From positions 810,001 through 842,000 of the forward strand of contig CP064967.1 of assembly GCA_016699265.1 (NCBI GenBank): a stretch of DNA of 32,000 nt. The letters are read 5' to 3'. Below the pieces are notes generated by a model. The model saw nothing but the letters and a program-made list of their open reading frames with translations. It ran no database searches and had not been told where the DNA came from. The position numbers and the translations under genes are program-made. This document shows, in pieces, positions 1-7,616 of the stretch. Numbering within the stretch: position 1 is the stretch's first letter; each line of letters opens with the position of its first letter. This DNA is from Candidatus Saccharimonadota bacterium. GTDB lineage: Bacteria > Patescibacteriota > Microgenomatia > UBA1406 > GWC2-37-13.

Positions 1-524
1 ATCTGACGTCTAATATTCATTCCTCCAACGGTCGTTACGATACTGAGGCCAGTTCCCTTTGCGAAGATTCTGAACTCATCACCGATCTGAGTGGCAAGTT
101 CTCGAGTGGGAACTACGATCAGTACTTTTTGATTTTTATCTTTAAAAACCTTGTCAATAAAGGAAATTAAAAATGCTCCCGTTTTACCAGTTCCTGTGTT
201 GGCAATTCCGATCACATCTCGTCCTGCAAGGATCTCAGGAATTGCTTTTTCTTGGATTGGGGTTGGGTGAAGATATCCACGATCTGCAATGTTTCGCTTA
301 AGATGATCGATAATTGCGTACTCACTAAACTTGGCTTCAGATACGCTTACCGGTTCGATTACCTGCACCTTTGCTTTTTTTACAAAAAGAGATGGGTCAA
401 GTCTTTTGATTGGTCTATTGAAGCGAGGTCTAAACTGTGGTTTAGAACCATACGATGTACGCCCACCAAATGAGTTGTTGCCAAAATTTCCACGATTAAA
501 ACCTCTCGGTTGCGATCTGTTCAT
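1..524 (-). CDS. DEAD-box ATP-dependent RNA helicase, N-terminal part (3' end runs off the window)
   Basis: Absent from the ORF track because it is open at the window edge. Translating the minus strand from ATG 524..522 gives MNRSQPRGFNRGNFG..., then the Q-motif GYLHPTPIQ, motif I ANTGTGKT and motif Ia PTRELA. Confidence 0.9.
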   Translation of the reverse strand, partial: MNRSQPRGFNRGNFGNNSFGGRTSYGSKPQFRPRFNRPIKRLDPSLFVKKAKVQVIEPVSVSEAKFSEYAIIDHLKRNIADRGYLHPTPIQEKAIPEILAGRDVIGIANTGTGKTGAFLISFIDKVFKDKNQKVLIVVPTRELATQIGDEFRIFAKGTGLSIVTTVGGMNIRRQ

Positions 525-530
525 AAGCTA

Positions 531-567
531 GTTATATAGTTATAAAGTTGTAAAGTTATAAAGTTTT
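531..567. repeat. 8-bp tandem repeat, about 4.5 copies: GTTATATA GTTATAAA GTTGTAAA GTTATAAA GTTTT
   Basis: Read directly. It lies immediately upstream (sense AACTTTAY) of the helicase start codon. Confidence 0.85.
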
Positions 568-568
568 T

Positions 569-604
569 GACCTTATGGACTTTATAGACCTTAAGGACTT
601 TCGA
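569..604. repeat. 18-bp tandem repeat, 2 copies: GACCTTATGGACTTTATA / GACCTTAAGGACTTTCGA
   Basis: Read directly. The second copy contains the palindrome CCTTAAGG. It lies in the helicase upstream region. Confidence 0.85.
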
Positions 605-722
605 CACAATGTGTGCCGCTTGCTCAAAAAGTGAAGTCGTCTATTTATGTAGTAAATACGAAGTCAAGTATAAGCAATCTTCAAGATAATTCTTGAATAC
701 TATAGTATACCATAGATCCAAC

Positions 723-1124
723 CTAATCTATGAGGTCCTTCTCTTTTAGATATGCGAAGATGATACGATCTACGGGAGATAAGAGCTTGGGGTCGGTATC
801 TGACGTAAGCCAACTCATCTCTTCAATTTCCATGGATGGTGTTAATTCTCCCTTATACTTGCCGGTGTAGCATGTCATCTGGACAAAAACTCCCTCTGGT
901 TTTCCGTGAGCCTGTGCTTTGAAAGTCCCAAGATATTTCAAGGTATCGGGAACGAGATCTGCAGTAAGTTCTTCTTTAATTTCACGAATTATTGTCTGCT
1001 GATCTGATTCTCCTGCCTCGCGTTTTCCTCCGGGAAGATACCAAGCATCTTTTCCTTTGGACCGTGTCGAAAGAATCTTCCGATCCTTAATATAGATCCA
1101 GGCAAGTTTATCTATGAGATTCAT
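723..1124 (-). CDS. Nudix hydrolase
   Basis: Nudix box GKREAGESDQQTIIREIKEEL. I chose the internal start M20 (ATG 1124) because TATACT (1136..1131) lies 6 nt upstream and the longer ORF would overlap the neighbouring gene. Confidence 0.85.
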   Translation of the reverse strand: MNLIDKLAWIYIKDRKILSTRSKGKDAWYLPGGKREAGESDQQTIIREIKEELTADLVPDTLKYLGTFKAQAHGKPEGVFVQMTCYTGKYKGELTPSMEIEEMSWLTSDTDPKLLSPVDRIIFAYLKEKDLID

Positions 1125-1146
1125 GTAGAAAGTATAGCAGGAGGAG

Positions 1147-1374
1147 TTAGAACTTGAAGACTTCGAGTAGTCGGTAGACAAAGAATGCTGGCCAGAGTAT
1201 CGCCTTCAATATCGCAACAACAACCTCTTGAAAAGTATTGGAGTGCTGTAGATAGAACACAGCCGCCCCAATCATTCCTAATCCATACATACCATTTCCG
1301 CCGTGATGACCGTAATTCTTACGACTACCACAGTCATGATCACACTCACAGTTCTTATCTTTTACTTTTGCCAT
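1147..1374 (-). CDS. small membrane protein with a Cys/His-rich N-terminus (KNCECDHDCGSRKNYGHHGG)
   Basis: 75-aa ORF with two hydrophobic helices. GAGGGTG (SD-like) lies 4 nt upstream of the ATG. No family recognised. Confidence 0.55.
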   Translation of the reverse strand: MAKVKDKNCECDHDCGSRKNYGHHGGNGMYGLGMIGAAVFYLQHSNTFQEVVVAILKAILWPAFFVYRLLEVFKF

Positions 1375-1399
1375 ACACCCTCACTATATCAATTCTTAA

Positions 1400-1630
1400 T
1401 TACTTATCAAGTGATAAATCACTCTCCCAAAAAATTTGAGGAACGGACTTTCCATTCAAAACAATATCTTCTAGAAACATATGCTTTGGTCTTACCCAGA
1501 GCTTACTCCTTGGATTGTCATACAAGCATTCATATACGACCATCTCCTCGAGAGTTTCTGAGTGAAGAGCCACACCGATTGCTCGATACATATTTCCCGT
1601 CTTTGAGTGCCTATATCTTCCTAACTTCAT
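1400..1630 (-). CDS. DUF1653-like protein
   Basis: YRHSKTGNMY...HSETLEEMVVYECLY...WVRPKHMF matches the DUF1653 pattern as I remember it. Confidence 0.7.
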   Translation of the reverse strand: MKLGRYRHSKTGNMYRAIGVALHSETLEEMVVYECLYDNPRSKLWVRPKHMFLEDIVLNGKSVPQIFWESDLSLDK

Positions 1631-1648
1631 TTGTATTTAGTTGTTGAA

Positions 1649-1900
1649 TTATTTTCCCCAACGCCAGCGAGGCTTCTCCCCTGTTTTATAGCAGATGGCA
1701 ATGAGTACCAATGTAAGCACGATTGATTGAATAAGAAAAGGACGCAGCGTATCGCTGTTTGAATGAGATATCGAGTCGAGCCACATAAAATTCCAAATCT
1801 CAATTACGAGGAATGTGAAGAGAACCAACCATCCCTGCCAAGTAGCAGGATACCATCCCCACCCGTAGTTCTTTGACTTAAACCATTTAATATTTTTCAT
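1649..1900 (-). CDS. small integral membrane protein, unknown function
   Basis: 83-aa ORF with two clear hydrophobic helices and Trp-rich termini. Its start lies 6 nt after the upstream gene's stop. Confidence 0.55.
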   Translation of the reverse strand: MKNIKWFKSKNYGWGWYPATWQGWLVLFTFLVIEIWNFMWLDSISHSNSDTLRPFLIQSIVLTLVLIAICYKTGEKPRWRWGK

Positions 1901-1906
1901 ATATTT

Positions 1907-2332
1907 CTACCTCAAAGCAACATATAGACCAAGGGACATGATGACTAGACCTATAAATAATCTTGGGCTAATCGCTTCTTTAAGGAGAAAGTATGCGGCA
2001 ATTGCGCCCACTACTGGTAATAAAAGACCGAATAGTTGTTGTTGCCAAACAGACATATACCTAAATGCGACTACTCCTAACCAAAAAGCAAAAAAATTAA
2101 TAAATCCAGCTATCAGAACAAACCATATATAATTTTTTTCACTAAAAGACCTAACAAGTGAGTTTTTCTCAGTCAACAAACTCATAGCCACTGACATAAG
2201 ACAAACTACCCCAGTAGAGATTGCCAATAAGGAAAATGTAGAGATTTTTTCTCCCCCTTTCTTCAATAGTGGGTAAATGAGAGAATAACCAACGGTAGAA
2301 AGCAGCATTATGATAACTCCGACAGCACTCAT
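1907..2332 (-). CDS. single-domain EamA/DMT-family membrane transporter
   Basis: Four to five TM helices with EamA-like composition. I chose start ATG 2332 (M8 of the track ORF), which is preceded by TATAAT (2344..2339) plus 6 nt. The track start is a TTG. Confidence 0.65.
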   Translation of the reverse strand: MSAVGVIIMLLSTVGYSLIYPLLKKGGEKISTFSLLAISTGVVCLMSVAMSLLTEKNSLVRSFSEKNYIWFVLIAGFINFFAFWLGVVAFRYMSVWQQQLFGLLLPVVGAIAAYFLLKEAISPRLFIGLVIMSLGLYVALR

Positions 2333-2413
2333 AGTAGTATTATAAATCAGCAATTAAAAATTCGAGACAGTGACAACAAAAGTTGTGCTGCCGCGCCATA
2401 TTAGTTTAGACGG

Positions 2414-3154
2414 TTATATGCTCGTCTGCACGCCAAAGAGATAACCAATTGAGTAAGTAACTACCATTGCCACCGCTCCCCCAATTACCACGCGCATAAT
2501 GGCTCTCATTAATGGCGCTTTGGAAATTTTTGCGCTCACTGTTCCAGTTATCACAAGTGCTAATATCACAGAAAAAAACGTTGTTGGAACTCTTATATTT
2601 TCTGGAGGCAACATCACTGCAAGTAGCGGAATAGAAGAACCTACTAGGAATGACACTGACGATGCTAAGGCAGCGTGCCAAGGGTTTGTGAGATTGTTAG
2701 GATCAATTCCTAACTCAGCGTCCACATGCGCCTTATAGGGATCCTCTGCTGATAGCTCCTTCGCAACCTGAATTGCGGTTTTCTTAGAAAGTCCTTTTAG
2801 TTCATAAAGACCAGCAAGCTCCTTGAGTTCCATCTCAGGGAAATGCTTAAGCTCGTATTTTTCTTTTTCCAAAAGTGCAATTTCAGTGTCACGTAAGCTA
2901 CTTACCGATACATACTCTCCAGCGGCCATTGATATAGCACCGGCTATAATGCCAGCCATACCTCCTGTAAAAATTATGTGCGCAGATGCCGTAGCACCAG
3001 CAATTCCAACCACTAGTCCAGCAATTGAAACAATGCCATCATTTGCTCCAAGCACCAGTGCTCTGATGTAGTTGAGCCTTAAGTTGATATTTATATCTTT
3101 ATGAAACTCTGGATGTGTAATTGTATTAACTGGCTCCTTTTTTAGGTCGGGCAT
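2414..3154 (-). CDS. VIT1/CCC1-family iron/manganese transporter
   Basis: LGANDGIVSIAGLVVG motif and a C-terminal TM bundle. I chose start M13 (ATG 3154), which is preceded by TATACT (3166..3161) plus 6 nt. Confidence 0.85.
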   Translation of the reverse strand: MPDLKKEPVNTITHPEFHKDININLRLNYIRALVLGANDGIVSIAGLVVGIAGATASAHIIFTGGMAGIIAGAISMAAGEYVSVSSLRDTEIALLEKEKYELKHFPEMELKELAGLYELKGLSKKTAIQVAKELSAEDPYKAHVDAELGIDPNNLTNPWHAALASSVSFLVGSSIPLLAVMLPPENIRVPTTFFSVILALVITGTVSAKISKAPLMRAIMRVVIGGAVAMVVTYSIGYLFGVQTSI

Positions 3155-3247
3155 TATATAAGTATAGTCCTCTTTCCACACACTGAACAATCGAAAATTT
3201 AATTGTTATAGCGAAATATATTGAGTATCATTCCCTAAAATCTAGCT

Positions 3248-3913
3248 ATGCAAGATATCAGAATTGAAACAACTTGGAAGGATAAACTTTCGCAAGAATT
3301 TACTAAGTCTTACTGGAAGACTCTTAGCAGTACTGTTAGAGAACAATACTTAAGTAAAATAGTCTACCCGCCCGCCAAACAAGTTTTCCGCGCTTTCGAT
3401 CTCTGTCCCTTCGAAAAAACTAAGGTCGTCATCGTCGGGCAAGATCCCTATCACGGCCCGAATCAAGCAAATGGACTTTGCTTTGCGGTGAATGATGGAG
3501 TAGGTCTTCCCCCATCGCTGAAAAATATTTATAAAGAGATAAAAAGTGATCTTGGCGTTAGCTCCTTAGAATCCGGAGATCTGACACGGTGGGCCTCTCA
3601 AGGAGTCTTGATGTTAAACAGCGTGCTTACGGTACTCGCGAACACTCCCGCCTCCCATAAAGATATGGGTTGGGAACAGTTTACCGACGCCGTTATTCAT
3701 TCCCTTAACGCAAAGAAAAAACACGTTGTTTATATGCTCTGGGGAAAGTATGCCCAGGCAAAAGGATCGGTAATTGATCGAGAGAACAATCTCGTACTTA
3801 CATCAGGTCATCCATCCCCGTTCTCAGCCACTCTATTTTTTAACAACCATCACTTCAGCAAATGTAATAGCTATCTAGAAAAGCATGGACTCAGTCCTAT
3901 CGATTGGAGATAG
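3248..3913 (+). CDS. ung: uracil-DNA glycosylase (family 1)
   Basis: GQDPYHGPNQANGLCF and HPSP motifs. 221 aa. Confidence 0.95.
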   Translation: MQDIRIETTWKDKLSQEFTKSYWKTLSSTVREQYLSKIVYPPAKQVFRAFDLCPFEKTKVVIVGQDPYHGPNQANGLCFAVNDGVGLPPSLKNIYKEIKSDLGVSSLESGDLTRWASQGVLMLNSVLTVLANTPASHKDMGWEQFTDAVIHSLNAKKKHVVYMLWGKYAQAKGSVIDRENNLVLTSGHPSPFSATLFFNNHHFSKCNSYLEKHGLSPIDWR

Positions 3914-3918
3914 CCTTG

Positions 3919-3933
3919 CGACCTGTGAGGTCG
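3919..3933. terminator. hairpin CGACCT-GTG-AGGTCG between convergent ung and malic enzyme genes
   Basis: Perfect 6-bp stem read directly. No U-tract on either side, so its role as a terminator is only a guess. Confidence 0.35.
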
Positions 3934-3949
3934 TGAGGAGGGGTGAGGA

Positions 3950-5164
3950 TTAGACAATGATTTTATCCTCTGCTTTTGCATACTTGAGAACTGCTTTTGC
4001 AACGGTCTCCGCAAGTTTTGGAGTAAATGGTCCAGGAATAATCGATTGTGCTGTTGGTTTTTTAATCATGCGCGCAATTGTGTCAGATGCCGCCTGCTTC
4101 ATCTGAGGAGTAATCGTTTTTAGACGACCTTTGATAACTGCGCGAAAAATACCGGGGAATGCGAGCGCATTATTAATCTGATTGGGTAGATCGCTTCTTC
4201 CCGTTGCAACAACAGCCGCACCTGCGGCTTTTGCATCTTCGGGCATAATTTCGGGAATGGGATTTGCCATCGCAAATACAATCGCGTTTGGAGCCATTCG
4301 TTTAATCATCTCGGGCTTGATACTCCCAGGGCCCGAAACACCGATGATTACATCTGTCCCTTCTATCACCTGAAGTAAAGATCCTGATTTGCGATGAATG
4401 TTTGAGAGACTTGCGACTGCCTGCTTATAGATGTTGAGATTATCACGACCTGGGAGAATCGCGCCTTTCTTATCCACGACAATAACATCCTTTACGCGCG
4501 CACCACCTGGAACGATCTCGCATCGATCGCTTCTGCACTGAAGTCCAAGAAGCATCTTTGCGGTCGCAAGTCCAGCAGCGCCTGCACCGACGATCACCAC
4601 ATGAAGATTCTCGTACTTTTTCCCCACTACCTTCGCTGCATTTTTCAGCGCTGCAGTTACCACAACCGCCGTACCGTGCTGATCATCATGAAAAACAGGA
4701 ATCCCGATATCCTGCAGCGCCTCCTCGATCTGAAAACAGCGAGGAGCACTAATATCCTCAAGGTTGATTCCAGCAAACGTAGGTGCAATAAGCGACACAA
4801 ACTTAATAATCTCAGAGGCATCCTGCGTATTGATCACCAAAGGCACGGAGTCAACGCCTGCAAACTCTCGCATGAGAAGTGACTTTCCTTCCATGACTGG
4901 GAGAGCTGCTTCTGGTCCGATGTTGCCAAGTCCCAGAACAGCGGAACCGTCGGATACGACAGCAATCGTTCGACCTCTCATAGTGTATTTAAAAGAATTG
5001 CTAGGATGCTCGGCGATCAATTTACTAACTGCACCGACGCCTGGAGTATAAACCAGAGACAGATCTTGTTTTGTTTTGATAGGACGGACTGAGGAAGTGA
5101 TAAGTTTACCCTGATATTTCTTATGAAACTGGAGGGCAGCTTTATCTATCGAAGAACTTTTCAT
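3950..5164 (-). CDS. NAD(P)-dependent malic enzyme (short form)
   Basis: 404 aa. LSLVYTPGVG, HDDQHGTA and VIVGAGAAG motifs are typical of malic enzymes. Confidence 0.9.
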   Translation of the reverse strand: MKSSSIDKAALQFHKKYQGKLITSSVRPIKTKQDLSLVYTPGVGAVSKLIAEHPSNSFKYTMRGRTIAVVSDGSAVLGLGNIGPEAALPVMEGKSLLMREFAGVDSVPLVINTQDASEIIKFVSLIAPTFAGINLEDISAPRCFQIEEALQDIGIPVFHDDQHGTAVVVTAALKNAAKVVGKKYENLHVVIVGAGAAGLATAKMLLGLQCRSDRCEIVPGGARVKDVIVVDKKGAILPGRDNLNIYKQAVASLSNIHRKSGSLLQVIEGTDVIIGVSGPGSIKPEMIKRMAPNAIVFAMANPIPEIMPEDAKAAGAAVVATGRSDLPNQINNALAFPGIFRAVIKGRLKTITPQMKQAASDTIARMIKKPTAQSIIPGPFTPKLAETVAKAVLKYAKAEDKIIV

Positions 5165-5172
5165 GAGGAAAT

Positions 5173-5201
5173 ATCTTAGGTCAAATCCGAATATAATGCA
5201 A
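5173..5201 (-). promoter_or_regulatory. sigma70-like promoter TTGCAT-17 nt-TAAGAT, 8 nt upstream of the malic enzyme ATG
   Basis: Hexamers and spacing read directly on the minus strand. Confidence 0.5.
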
Positions 5202-5242
5202 TTTAATTAGCCGTCGTACTTAATAAGTACTTGAGAAGCTCT

Positions 5243-5629
5243 TTATTCTGTTGTTACCCCGTCGAAGTGTTCTTCCTTTTCATCAGCCTTTGTTTTCTGC
5301 ACCGTACCATCTTTATGCTCAGGTGGTGTGTAAACCGTATAGAGTTTAAGATCCGTGGATCCAACATTCATAATATTATGTACAGTATCCTGTGGAATTA
5401 TGATTGCATCGTTTGCTTTCAGAATTCCCTCCACTCCATTAAGAACCGATTTTGCCTCACCTTGCTCGATACGAATGAACTGATCGAGCTTATGAACCTC
5501 CTCGCCAATCTCCTCCCCTGGTTTCAGACTCATCAGAACAAGTTGGCTATTGTGAGCGGTATAAAGAACTCGGCGATAATCAGTATTTTCTAAAGTAGCT
5601 TTTTCTAAATCAATCTTAAAGCCTTTCAC
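5243..5629 (-). CDS. cupin-domain protein
   Basis: 128 aa with a beta-rich cupin-like core (GEEVHKLDQFIRIEQGEA...IIPQDTVHN). GTG start preceded by TATAAT (5641..5636) plus 6 nt. Confidence 0.7.
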   Translation of the reverse strand: MKGFKIDLEKATLENTDYRRVLYTAHNSQLVLMSLKPGEEIGEEVHKLDQFIRIEQGEAKSVLNGVEGILKANDAIIIPQDTVHNIMNVGSTDLKLYTVYTPPEHKDGTVQKTKADEKEEHFDGVTTE

Positions 5630-5710
5630 GTCTTGATTATATACCTCTACAATTGGAGTGCAAGATGTAGAATTCTTGAGCGGTAGTTATTTTTCGACTT
5701 TTAGACGCAC

Positions 5711-6058
5711 TCACCTTTTTGGCTCTGGTTGTTTTGGAACAATCGTCCTCAAAACTTGTGTTCCTGTTTGAACAACTGTTTCAGGAGTTTTAAATTCTAT
5801 ATTGGGAAAAGATTTTCTAAATTTAGGTCTTTGCCCCGCGTCTAGTAGACCATCAAGAATTTGTTGATCTGAAAGCAAGTGAACTACGTGATCTCTCGAA
5901 GACTCATTGGCGTTTGATTCATCAGCATACCCAAGTCTTCGCGCTGCATACTTGTCAATCTGACCATCGGTCAGCGTTATGCCTGCATGTTCTGCCATTA
6001 CGGAAGCCTGTAGTTTGGACGACTCTTCACTAGATTCAACTGTCATAGCTAAATACAT
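5711..6058 (-). CDS. hypothetical protein
   Basis: 115-aa ORF with AGAGGTG 4 nt upstream of the ATG. No motif recognised. Confidence 0.55.
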   Translation of the reverse strand: MYLAMTVESSEESSKLQASVMAEHAGITLTDGQIDKYAARRLGYADESNANESSRDHVVHLLSDQQILDGLLDAGQRPKFRKSFPNIEFKTPETVVQTGTQVLRTIVPKQPEPKR

Positions 6059-6376
6059 AGTACACCTCTGAGTAATTTTATTGTAGGCAATTTTAAATTA
6101 GGTTTAAGAATGTAATGAAGGTGCTGCGACTGGTTGACCGTATCGGTACTTACTATTCTTCAAGATTTTCAAAACGACCATCTTCGTATGGTGGATAGCA
6201 AACTTCAGAAAAAAACTAAAGTTGAGTTTTTATCGGCTCCCCAACAGCATGAATTGTCCTTTTGAACTGAGATAGAAAAATCTTTAGCGGTTTCAACCTT
6301 AACAGGATATTTACGCTTCTTTTATTTCTACCATGCAGAAAGTATAGCAAGAGCCTGATGAGAACGGGCTAATCAT

Positions 6377-6385
6377 TGGTATAAT
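6377..6385 (+). promoter_or_regulatory. extended -10 (TGgTATAAT) about 10 nt upstream of tRNA-Gln
   Basis: Read directly. Confidence 0.5.
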
Positions 6386-6395
6386 AGAGTACAGT

Positions 6396-6468
6396 TGCCC
6401 GGTCGTCTAATGGCAGGACAGCAGCCTTTGGAGCTGCTTATCGAGGTCGAATCCTCGCTGGGCAGCCA
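6396..6468 (+). tRNA. tRNA-Gln (anticodon UUG), CCA encoded
   Basis: Cloverleaf folded by hand. Acceptor TGCCCGG/CTGGGCA (U1:A72, discriminator G73 as in E. coli tRNA-Gln), D stem GTCT/GGAC, anticodon stem GCAGC/GCTGC with loop CTTTGGA, T stem CGAGG/CCTCG. The T loop appears to be only 6 nt (TCGAAT). Confidence 0.85.
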
Positions 6469-6478
6469 TCTTCTCACC

Positions 6479-7363
6479 TTAGCCCGAGAAACTGCTTCCA
6501 AGTCTAGCGAAGATTTTCCCCATCGGCCCATTACCGTTAGCTATCTTTGCACCAATGGTGTTCCACCATACCCTATCAACCATGACCTTCGCGCCGGTGA
6601 AACTGTAAGGAGATACTTCTTGACACCTTTGAAGAAAATCCACCCAAGGTACGTACACTGCATTGAAATACTCGCCATCCTTCACGGGATCGAGTTCTCC
6701 AATATGGGTGGTGAACTCATTAGCAAGACGCATTAATGATGAAAATTTTTCTCCGTCATCTTTCGGCTTTAAGCCCGATGGTACTCGAACCAAATATCGC
6801 ATTGCATGCGTTGCTGGACTGAATACAGGAAGTATTAGTCCTTCAGCAGTTTGAAGTTGCCATACTTCAAATGCTTCTTTGGGCATTGACATTCTTACGT
6901 CGTCGAAGGCGAATTGAACATTACCTTCTTGATCTATATCGTTACCGACCACAAACTGCTTATATCTTTTACGCTCTGGCCACCCTGAATATCGCACTCC
7001 TTCGATAGAAATAGGTACCTCTGGAAAAGCTGCCTCCATCTCTGCTTTCGCAACTTGGAACATTGGGAGATCTTCACAAAATGCGACTACATCTATATCT
7101 CGCACCGTACCATCGTTACGAACTGGATTGTACGGAACTTCGTTTTGAAGAGAGAATGACTGAGTAATTGTATTTACGTGTCCAAGAGATGTGTTCGGGC
7201 CGATCCTCGAAGAGACTACTCCGCCAACATAGACGAAGGGAAAACCAAATCCCGTAAGTTTTGTGTGAATCTCGGCAAGAGTTGGTTGGCTATTTTCCTT
7301 GCGTGGACTTTTTTCTTTCATGAAGGGATTATTATAATGAGTTGAATTGATTTTCTCAATCAA
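6479..7363 (-). CDS. hypothetical protein; weak hint of a nucleotidyltransferase-like GG...DxD pattern
   Basis: 294-aa ORF with a TTG start. An alternative ATG at 7321 has TATAAT 9 nt upstream. The YVGGVVSS...RDIDVVAF pattern is only loosely reminiscent of Pol-beta-type NTases. Confidence 0.65.
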   Translation of the reverse strand: MIEKINSTHYNNPFMKEKSPRKENSQPTLAEIHTKLTGFGFPFVYVGGVVSSRIGPNTSLGHVNTITQSFSLQNEVPYNPVRNDGTVRDIDVVAFCEDLPMFQVAKAEMEAAFPEVPISIEGVRYSGWPERKRYKQFVVGNDIDQEGNVQFAFDDVRMSMPKEAFEVWQLQTAEGLILPVFSPATHAMRYLVRVPSGLKPKDDGEKFSSLMRLANEFTTHIGELDPVKDGEYFNAVYVPWVDFLQRCQEVSPYSFTGAKVMVDRVWWNTIGAKIANGNGPMGKIFARLGSSFSG

Positions 7364-7393
7364 AATAATAATAATTTGCTATGATATCTACTT

Positions 7394-7567
7394 ATGGTGG
7401 AGCGTGGCACAACAACATTCAGAGAAGGTCAGTTCAGCAAACTGCAAGCTGCTCTATTTATAAGAGCGGTATATTTACTTGGCCAGCTCCCGCCTATCGT
7501 TGACGACTCTAAACCAAAAAATCATACTTATAGACCTGTCTTTAGATACTGCGCACGAAAAAAGTAA
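7394..7567 (+). CDS. candidate small protein, 57 aa (MVERGTTTFREGQFSKLQAALFIRAVYLLGQLPPIVDDSKPKNHTYRPVFRYCARKK)
   Basis: Below the ORF-track size cutoff. The ATG is preceded by the extended -10 TGcTATGAT (7380..7385) plus 8 nt, the same architecture as real genes here. It fills an otherwise empty 253-nt gap. Confidence 0.35.
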   Translation: MVERGTTTFREGQFSKLQAALFIRAVYLLGQLPPIVDDSKPKNHTYRPVFRYCARKK

Positions 7568-7616
7568 TCCTGCCCCATTCGGACGGTATAAGGACTAATG
7601 TGTTAAAATATAGCTG

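Noticed and set aside
531-604. The short tandem repeats here, and those at 13461..13484 and 18570..18634, as CRISPR arrays.
   Set aside because: The units are only 7-18 bp and directly adjacent, with no spacers. No cas genes are present.
6395-6736. Track ORFs overlapping tRNA genes (6395..6736 plus strand; 22386..22619 minus strand).
   Set aside because: They run through tRNA-Gln or tRNA-Pro and through better-supported genes on the opposite strand. Their composition looks like antisense noise.
7364-7616. SRP (4.5S) RNA or another known small RNA in the gap upstream of era.
   Set aside because: GAAGGTCAG...AGCAA loosely resembles helix-8 sequence. There is no GGAA tetraloop or AGGUCCGGAAGGAAGCAGC-like core, and the gap is too short for RNase P RNA or tmRNA.
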